DNA of 64,000 bases, taken from a candidate division WOR-3 bacterium. Lineage in GTDB: Bacteria; Hydrothermota; Tepidihabitantia; Tepidihabitantales; Tepidihabitantaceae. The notes under the pieces are model-generated. The model was not told the origin of the DNA and ran no database searches. It was given only the letters and a program-made list of their open reading frames with translations. The DNA lies in assembly GCA_965649225.1 (NCBI GenBank), contig CBFGJX010000001.1, forward strand, positions 96,001 through 160,000. Direction: 5' to 3'. Position numbers and translations under genes: made by a program. This document shows positions 57,995 to 64,000 of this stretch, in pieces. How positions within the stretch are numbered: position 1 is the first letter of the stretch; each line of letters opens with the position of its first letter.

Positions 57995-58040
57995 TGACAG
58001 ATTCAGCCCGCCAGCAGTAAACTCATTAAGGAGTATTGAC

Positions 58041-59255
58041 TTGGAGAAGGTCGTTGCCGCGCCAACCGCGTGGTTGCGTGAGATAGAAGTAACAATTGAG
58101 CCGGATCGACTCAACAGCCGGGTTGACGAACTGCTTGCTGAGTATGGCCCGAAGGCAGTTGTGCCGGGCTTTCGTCCGGGACGCGTGTCTGCGACAGTAT
58201 TGCGGCGTCGGCTCGGTCCAGCGCTGGAAACGGGAGCTGTCGAGGAACTTGTTGAAGCAGCAGCAACTGAGGCAATTTCCGAAATTGACGTAATACCGGC
58301 GTCGCGCCCCCGTCTCATCGATCTGCAAGTGGACCCGGACAAGACAATCCACTTTCGCTTGAGCGTTGAGGTGGTACCTGATTTCGAACTCAGGGACTGG
58401 CAAGGCCTCAAACTGAAAAAAGAAGTGCCCACCGGTTTCGAGGACGAGTTTCAGCGCCGACTGGACGCTCTACGCGAAAAATGCGCCCGCTTTCAACCGG
58501 TCAACCGACCCGCCCGCTCTGGCGACTTCGTCCTTGTTGACTATCGCACGATAGAAAACGGCAATGACGTCGTGCCACCCCGACAGAACGTCCTGATGCA
58601 CATCGGTGACCCATTGCAGCCGGAGCCGGTCAATCTGGCCTTGGAGGGCGCATCACCGGGAGAAGAACGACAGGCTCAGGTTACTTTCCCAGACGATTAC
58701 CCTGACCGCAACATCGCCGGTCACACCCGCCAGTACCTTTTCCGAGTCCACGAAGTTAAAGAACGGATTGTTCCCGAAGTGGACGAGCAGCTCGCCCGTG
58801 ACCTGGGTTATGCCGATCTGGACAGCATGCGCCGCGAAATCAACGAGGGCATTCTGCAGGATCGGGCCGAGCTAGTCCGTAACGGCCTTAAAAACCAAGT
58901 CTTCGACCTGCTGGTTAGCGCACATGACTTCGAGCCACCCCAGACCTGGGTGGAATCATCGCTGCAGCGACTCCGTACCCAGTACGACTTGCCCGACGAC
59001 GATGATACTCGTACCCGACTTGAACCAATAGCACGCAAGTGGGCAAAGTTTGACTGCATCGTTGCCCGCATTGCCCGAATGGAAAAAATCGCTGTCACGG
59101 ACGACGAAACACACAGTTTTGCCAACCAGATCGCGACCGAAACCGGTCAACCACTCGAAGAGGTTATTCAACTGCTGGACTCGCCGGCATGGCGCAACCA
59201 GCTTCTTCGCGACAAGGTAATGGACCGCATACTGGAGGCAGCCGATGTCACCTGA
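58041..59255 (+). CDS. tig: Trigger factor
   Basis: [16 protein letters not shown] and VTFPDDY motifs. AAGGAG SD. Lies upstream of clpP. Confidence 0.92.
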   Translation: MEKVVAAPTAWLREIEVTIEPDRLNSRVDELLAEYGPKAVVPGFRPGRVSATVLRRRLGPALETGAVEELVEAAATEAISEIDVIPASRPRLIDLQVDPDKTIHFRLSVEVVPDFELRDWQGLKLKKEVPTGFEDEFQRRLDALREKCARFQPVNRPARSGDFVLVDYRTIENGNDVVPPRQNVLMHIGDPLQPEPVNLALEGASPGEERQAQVTFPDDYPDRNIAGHTRQYLFRVHEVKERIVPEVDEQLARDLGYADLDSMRREINEGILQDRAELVRNGLKNQVFDLLVSAHDFEPPQTWVESSLQRLRTQYDLPDDDDTRTRLEPIARKWAKFDCIVARIARMEKIAVTDDETHSFANQIATETGQPLEEVIQLLDSPAWRNQLLRDKVMDRILEAADVT

Positions 59256-59373
59256 TAACCAGGCAGCTGGCCTGCCCCGTTCTCGGCAGTCACAGACTGT
59301 GTTGCGAGTTGCCCTCGAGTCGCATCACCCGGAAACCAAAGTTTTTGTCCAAGAAATGCCCGAGGAGGTACCC

Positions 59374-59958
59374 TTGCTTATCCCGATAGTAATCGAGCAG
59401 ACTGGACGTGGAGAACGTGCCTACGACATTTACTCGCGTCTGCTCAAGGAACGGATTATATTTGTTGGTTCCCCTATTGACGACAACGTCGCCAATCTTG
59501 TTGTTGCCCAGTTGCTCTATCTGGCAGCAGAAGACTCTGCCAAGGACATCAACCTCTACATCAATTCGCCGGGCGGGGTAGTTTCGGCCGGACTGGCAAT
59601 CTACGACACCATGCGTTACATCAAACCCCGTGTCTCCACCACCTGCGTCGGAATGGCCGCCTCGATAGCCGCTTTGCTGCTTGCGGCAGGAGACAAAGGT
59701 CGACGCTTTGCACTCCCTCGCTCCAGAGTAATGATTCATCAGCCCTCGGCGTTTGGAATATCGGGGCAAGCTACCGACATCGAAATTTCTGCCCGCGAAA
59801 TAATCAAACTCAAGCAGCAACTGACTGAGATTCTCGCCACTCACACGGGCCAGACCGTCGAACGTATCGCGCAGGATTCCGATCGCAATTTTTTCATGTC
59901 AGCCCAGGAAGCCCAAGCCTACGGTATAATTGACGAAGTAATCGAGAAACGCAAATGA
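59374..59958 (+). CDS. clpP: ATP-dependent Clp protease proteolytic subunit
   Basis: GAGGAGG SD before TTG 59374. [28 protein letters not shown] and DRNFFM motifs. Confidence 0.96.
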   Translation: MLIPIVIEQTGRGERAYDIYSRLLKERIIFVGSPIDDNVANLVVAQLLYLAAEDSAKDINLYINSPGGVVSAGLAIYDTMRYIKPRVSTTCVGMAASIAALLLAAGDKGRRFALPRSRVMIHQPSAFGISGQATDIEISAREIIKLKQQLTEILATHTGQTVERIAQDSDRNFFMSAQEAQAYGIIDEVIEKRK

Positions 59959-61208
59959 ACGACCGCCCTCGCCAGCGGCCTCCGGCTGCACGACGGTGCT
60001 CGTTCTGCGGTCAGGCCGGGAGCCCCGAACACCGCCTGGTTATCGGCCGACGTTCGGCCATCTGCGAAAACTGCACCAGAGCGGCTCATAACGCGTTCGC
60101 CTCAGCACGTACCGAACCGGCCCAGAGTCTTCCGGTCGAGCTGCCTAAGCCCGCCGAAATCAAGGCATTTCTCGATGGCTACGTGATTGGTCAGGAACGC
60201 GCAAAAAAGGTAGTGTCAGTTGCGGTCTACAACCACTACAAGCGTGTGCGAGCCCGTCACGACAACGTTGACCTCGGCAAGAGCAACATACTGCTGATCG
60301 GACCGACCGGGGTTGGCAAGACTCTGATCGCTGAAACACTTGCCCGTTTTTTGCACGTCCCGTTTTCGATTTCCGACGCCACCCCGCTCACCGAAGCCGG
60401 TTACGTCGGCGAGGATGTGGAAAACGTTCTCCTGCATCTGCTGCAGGCGGCTGATTTTGACATCCGACGCGCCGAAACCGGTATCGTCTACCTCGATGAG
60501 GTGGACAAGATTGCCCGGCGCGCTGACTCGCCCTCAATTACCCGTGACGTCTCCGGCGAGGGTGTTCAGCAAGCGCTACTCAAGATACTTGAAGGTACGA
60601 TTGCCAGCGTTCCGCCGGCAGGGGGGCGCAAACACCCTGAACAGCAGTACATCAGACTCGACACCAGAGGCATTCTCTTCATATGCGGCGGCACCTTCGA
60701 TGGTCTGGAACGAATAATCGAACGACGGGTGCGAGCTTCATCCATCGGTTTTCATTCTGACCCAACCTCCGGTTCGCCGCATTCCCTCGACGAACTGCTG
60801 CCATTGGTGGAACCCCAAGACCTGATTCGTTACGGGCTGATACCTGAGTTTGTTGGACGGCTGCCCGTCACCGCCACCCTGCACAGCTTATCCAGTGAAG
60901 CACTTGTTGATATACTGGTACGACCGCGCAACGCTCTGGTGCGACAATACACCCACTACTTCGAACTGGAAGGAGTGAAGCTTACCTTCACCCCTGAAGC
61001 CCTAAAGGTCGCGGCTGAGCTTGCCGCCGCCCGGAAGACTGGCGCCCGTGCACTGCGCACGATACTGGAAGACGCAATGCTCGACATTATGTTCGAGCTA
61101 CCCTCGCTGACCGACGTTGCAGAAGTCATAATCACGCCGGCAGCCATTCGAAAAGAGCAGCCGCCCGAACTTGTGTCCGGACGGCTGGCCGTGAAAAAAG
61201 CCCTCTAG
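59955..61208 (+). CDS. clpX: ATP-dependent Clp protease ATP-binding subunit
   Basis: CSFC...C..C zinc finger, [14 protein letters not shown] and [10 protein letters not shown] motifs. Confidence 0.97.
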   Translation: MNDRPRQRPPAARRCSFCGQAGSPEHRLVIGRRSAICENCTRAAHNAFASARTEPAQSLPVELPKPAEIKAFLDGYVIGQERAKKVVSVAVYNHYKRVRARHDNVDLGKSNILLIGPTGVGKTLIAETLARFLHVPFSISDATPLTEAGYVGEDVENVLLHLLQAADFDIRRAETGIVYLDEVDKIARRADSPSITRDVSGEGVQQALLKILEGTIASVPPAGGRKHPEQQYIRLDTRGILFICGGTFDGLERIIERRVRASSIGFHSDPTSGSPHSLDELLPLVEPQDLIRYGLIPEFVGRLPVTATLHSLSSEALVDILVRPRNALVRQYTHYFELEGVKLTFTPEALKVAAELAAARKTGARALRTILEDAMLDIMFELPSLTDVAEVIITPAAIRKEQPPELVSGRLAVKKAL

Positions 61209-61212
61209 GCCG

Positions 61213-61965
61213 CTACTCCTCCGGCTCGAACTGGTCTTTCGCAGCCCCACATACTGGGCAAACCCAGTCATCGGGAAGGTTCTCAAAAGGCGTCCCGGGT
61301 TTGACCCCAGAATCAGGATCACCAGCCGCCGGATCGTAAACATAACCACAGACGCTGCAGACGTATCGCTTCATGTCATTTCCTTTCTTTGGAACGACCT
61401 TCTCGGTCGCCTTACTCGCGGCATAGGTCGGCGAACCCTGTCCTGTCTTGCCACCCTTTACCTGTCGGTAGTGGCTGTAAGTCAAGGGAACGCCTTCTCG
61501 CAGCAGTTTACTTGCCACAACTACAGCCAGAAAGGTTGTGTGCGACCCGCAATCAAAACTTGTCAGGACCCGGGCTTCAAGGGTAGCCAGAGTATGCTCG
61601 GTCAGTAGTGGCACGCCGGTGACACCGTTTCGGAAACCGCCCTCAGCGAATTTGTCGTATTCACGGCCGCTGCGAAATCCAAAGCGACCAATAAACTGAA
61701 GTGGAGTATCCTGCTCCAAAACTGAGACTCCGAATGCCCCGCTGGCCGCGATCATGTCGTGCGTCAGACTCTTCTTGCTGATGCTGACAATCACCTGACA
61801 CGGAACCTCGGCCACCTGGGTTACCGTGTTCACAATCAAGCCATTCCGGCGTTGCCCTTCACGGGCGGTAACAACATACAGCCCGTAGGTCAAGGTGAAC
61901 AGCGCCTGAAGGTCGATCTGCTGCGGGTCAATCTCGCACTTCAAACCCTCCGGGTTCGTGTTCAT
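61213..61965 (-). CDS. Flavin reductase-rubredoxin fusion (high-molecular-weight rubredoxin type)
   Basis: [15 protein letters not shown] and GSHT flavin-reductase motifs. C-terminus [12 protein letters not shown]...WVCPVCGA. Confidence 0.9.
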   Translation of the reverse strand: MNTNPEGLKCEIDPQQIDLQALFTLTYGLYVVTAREGQRRNGLIVNTVTQVAEVPCQVIVSISKKSLTHDMIAASGAFGVSVLEQDTPLQFIGRFGFRSGREYDKFAEGGFRNGVTGVPLLTEHTLATLEARVLTSFDCGSHTTFLAVVVASKLLREGVPLTYSHYRQVKGGKTGQGSPTYAASKATEKVVPKKGNDMKRYVCSVCGYVYDPAAGDPDSGVKPGTPFENLPDDWVCPVCGAAKDQFEPEE

Positions 61966-63167
61966 GCTGAAACCCGTTCACCAATCTTTCTGGCCACCGA
62001 TTCACCCAGTGTCCGGCACTTTTCTAACTGATCCAAGTCAGGTTTGAAACGGACCTTAAGCCCCGGGGCTGCCAGCTCAATGCCGGCTGACTTCAGGTAT
62101 TCTTCGATCTCATCTACTGACTCACCGCTCCAGCCGTAAGAACCAAAAGCCGCGCCGATCAGGTTTCTGGGCTTCAGGCCCCGAATATAGGTCAGCACGT
62201 CAGCCACGGTGGGAAACAACCCGTTGTTCAGCGTTGGCGAACCCACGATCAAAGCCCCGGCGCCAACCAGATCAGTAACCACGTCACTGCGATGAGCAGA
62301 GTGCATCGAGAGCAGTCGGACCTCGCAGTCAGCCCGTGCCACCCCTTCGGCAACCGCCCGTGCCATCAGCTCCGTACTCTGCCACATCGTATCGTAAACG
62401 ATTACCACCTTGCGACCGGGCCGTTGTTCTGCCCACTTTGCGTACCACATCAAAGGGCGTTCAACCTCACGACGCCACACGGGTCCGTGATCCGGGGCCA
62501 GTATTCGAATCGGGATGCCAAGCGTGCGAATCCGCTCGAGCAACTTGCCCACCAGATTGGAATAAGGCAGGAGGATATTAGCAAAGTACTTGCGGGCTTC
62601 ATATTCCAACACGCCCGGTTCGTTTTCATCGGCGAAGAGCCTGCCGGTGGCGAAATGCATCCCAAAGCCATCCTGGGAGAAGAGGACCTCCTCACCAGCC
62701 AGGTAACTGACCATCGAATCTGGCCAGTGAAGCATTCTCGTCTCAAGGAAACTAAGCTCCAGATTGCCGAGATTAAGCTTGTCACCGTCCTTGACCGCCG
62801 TGATGTCACAGGAATCATGGAACTGTGCGTGAAGATTCTTGACTCCAAGCGCCGATGCGAAAACCTGTTCGGGTTTCAATCGCTCAATGACATCCGGCAG
62901 ACAACCGGCGTGGTCTCGCTCGGCATGATTGGAGACAATATAGCGTATATCGCCCGGGTCCATCACCGACTCAATCCGCGCCATCATCTCCGACAAAAAG
63001 GGCGCTTTGACCGTATCAATGAGAGTCGGTTTTTCGGCTGTAATCAAATACGCATTGTAGGTCGTTCCCCGCTGCGTCGCATAGCCGTGGAAATCGGCCA
63101 GTGACCAGTCGACCGCACCGACCCACCAGACATGCTCGCTGACTTGCACTGCCCGGAAAGGACTCAT
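61962..63167 (-). CDS. fprA: Flavodiiron protein (FprA/A-type flavoprotein)
   Basis: [28 protein letters not shown] and PDHG motifs. Flavodoxin motifs TMWQST, GSPT and GSYGW. Confidence 0.93.
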   Translation of the reverse strand: MSPFRAVQVSEHVWWVGAVDWSLADFHGYATQRGTTYNAYLITAEKPTLIDTVKAPFLSEMMARIESVMDPGDIRYIVSNHAERDHAGCLPDVIERLKPEQVFASALGVKNLHAQFHDSCDITAVKDGDKLNLGNLELSFLETRMLHWPDSMVSYLAGEEVLFSQDGFGMHFATGRLFADENEPGVLEYEARKYFANILLPYSNLVGKLLERIRTLGIPIRILAPDHGPVWRREVERPLMWYAKWAEQRPGRKVVIVYDTMWQSTELMARAVAEGVARADCEVRLLSMHSAHRSDVVTDLVGAGALIVGSPTLNNGLFPTVADVLTYIRGLKPRNLIGAAFGSYGWSGESVDEIEEYLKSAGIELAAPGLKVRFKPDLDQLEKCRTLGESVARKIGERVSA

Positions 63168-63183
63168 ATCGCCTGCCTCTGCA

Positions 63184-63726
63184 TCAGGCCCCGGCAGCAC
63201 CCTGGGCATAGAAAGTCGCCAGTTCCGGCGCTAAGGTGAAAACACGTGTCCCCAGTTCGTTATCCAGCATCAGCAGCCCCCGGCCATCACCGGCAACCAA
63301 GCGCAGTTTCTGGACTATGCCGAGCGCCGTCTCCTCTTCCTCTACCTGTTCATCGACAAACCACTGCAACAGACTGCCCGACGCGAAATCATTCTCATCC
63401 CGAGCCAGTCTTGCCAGTTTGTCGATACAGCCGGTAATGAACTGCTCGTGCTTGTATGCCGCTTCAAAGGCGGCCAGCGGCGAATCCCATCGTGCCGGGG
63501 GTTCGGCAAGACCAAACAGCCTGACCTGCCCGCCGCGATCCCGGATATGCTTCAGAAACCGGACCGCGTGGCTAATTTCCTCCTGGGTCTGGGCCCGCAT
63601 CCAGCGGGCCATGCCATTCAGCCCCTCGTTGTCAAACCAGGCCGACATGGCCAGGTAAAGATAGGCTGAATCGAGCTCGTGTTTGATCTGCTGATTGAAA
63701 GCGGTCTCGATTGATTGGGATATCAT
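63184..63726 (-). CDS. ftn: Non-heme ferritin
   Basis: E..SAYLYLAM, EE..HA, HEQFIT and WFVDEQVEEE motifs. Confidence 0.93.
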   Translation of the reverse strand: MISQSIETAFNQQIKHELDSAYLYLAMSAWFDNEGLNGMARWMRAQTQEEISHAVRFLKHIRDRGGQVRLFGLAEPPARWDSPLAAFEAAYKHEQFITGCIDKLARLARDENDFASGSLLQWFVDEQVEEEETALGIVQKLRLVAGDGRGLLMLDNELGTRVFTLAPELATFYAQGAAGA

Positions 63727-63728
63727 TG

Positions 63729-64000
63729 CTATTCACCTTTCCAGAGCCCATGGATGTTGCAGTACTCACGCGCCCACACCTTCTCGGCAGCGACGCTGAA
63801 CACGGCCTCGGGGGATTGGCCGGGGCTCAAGAAACTGCGATAAACCCGCCCGTCGGCGACCAGCTCAATCCATTCAATGTAATGTTTCTCTTCCATGGGA
63901 TGTGCGACTGAACCAACCTTGACGCGAAATCCGTCGGCCGTTCTTTCAATCACCGGCACGTGCTTTTCCTTCGCCGCATCGGTAGTATTCTCGACCAGCA
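63729..64000 (-). CDS. dfx: Desulfoferrodoxin/superoxide reductase (5'-truncated at window edge)
   Basis: [21 protein letters not shown] and EYCNIHGLW motifs. Frame open to the window end. Confidence 0.92.
   Translation of the reverse strand, partial: LVENTTDAAKEKHVPVIERTADGFRVKVGSVAHPMEEKHYIEWIELVADGRVYRSFLSPGQSPEAVFSVAAEKVWAREYCNIHGLWKGE

Noticed and set aside
30563..63104. Long antisense ORFs (for example 30563..31774, 33992..35113, 53345..54289, 55034..56251, 62292..63104)
   Set aside because: Shadow frames opposite well-supported genes, as expected at high GC.
1..64000. Genome-wide UGA reassignment (code 4 or 25) as the explanation for the in-frame TGAs
   Set aside because: TGA ends many conserved genes at their expected positions (rpsJ, rplC, clpP) and Trp is encoded by TGG.

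Overview
A 64-kb GC-rich chromosomal segment from an anaerobic diderm bacterium. Numerous T9SS-type C-terminal sorting domains, PorV/PorZ-like proteins and sigma70-type promoters suggest an FCB-related candidate lineage such as WOR-3 (inference only). Contents: a PorZ-like propeller, speB and lpxB; many secreted CTD-bearing proteins (YVTN propeller, GH18, papain-like peptidase, a 16-repeat CARDB-like giant, a nitroreductase-fold protein, an NHL protein); two PorV-like barrels; an organic-acid cluster (IDH/IPMDH family, HD protein, two aconitase-family systems, CitD-CitE fusion, CitF, LarA); an S10-spc ribosomal block that ends at rplF; three CCA-less tRNAs; tig-clpP-clpX; and an O2/NO-defence operon. 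Main finding: two paralogous secreted jelly-roll (CBM-like) genes each have an in-frame TGA at the same position in the domain, followed by a SECIS-like hairpin with the same GGUC loop. Readthrough gives C-U-G (4139..4765) and U-G-G-C (28002..30155) motifs, and in the second case fuses two called ORFs into one 717-aa protein ending in a T9SS sorting domain. This is a candidate new family of secreted selenoproteins. No CRISPR array, transposase or integrase was seen.
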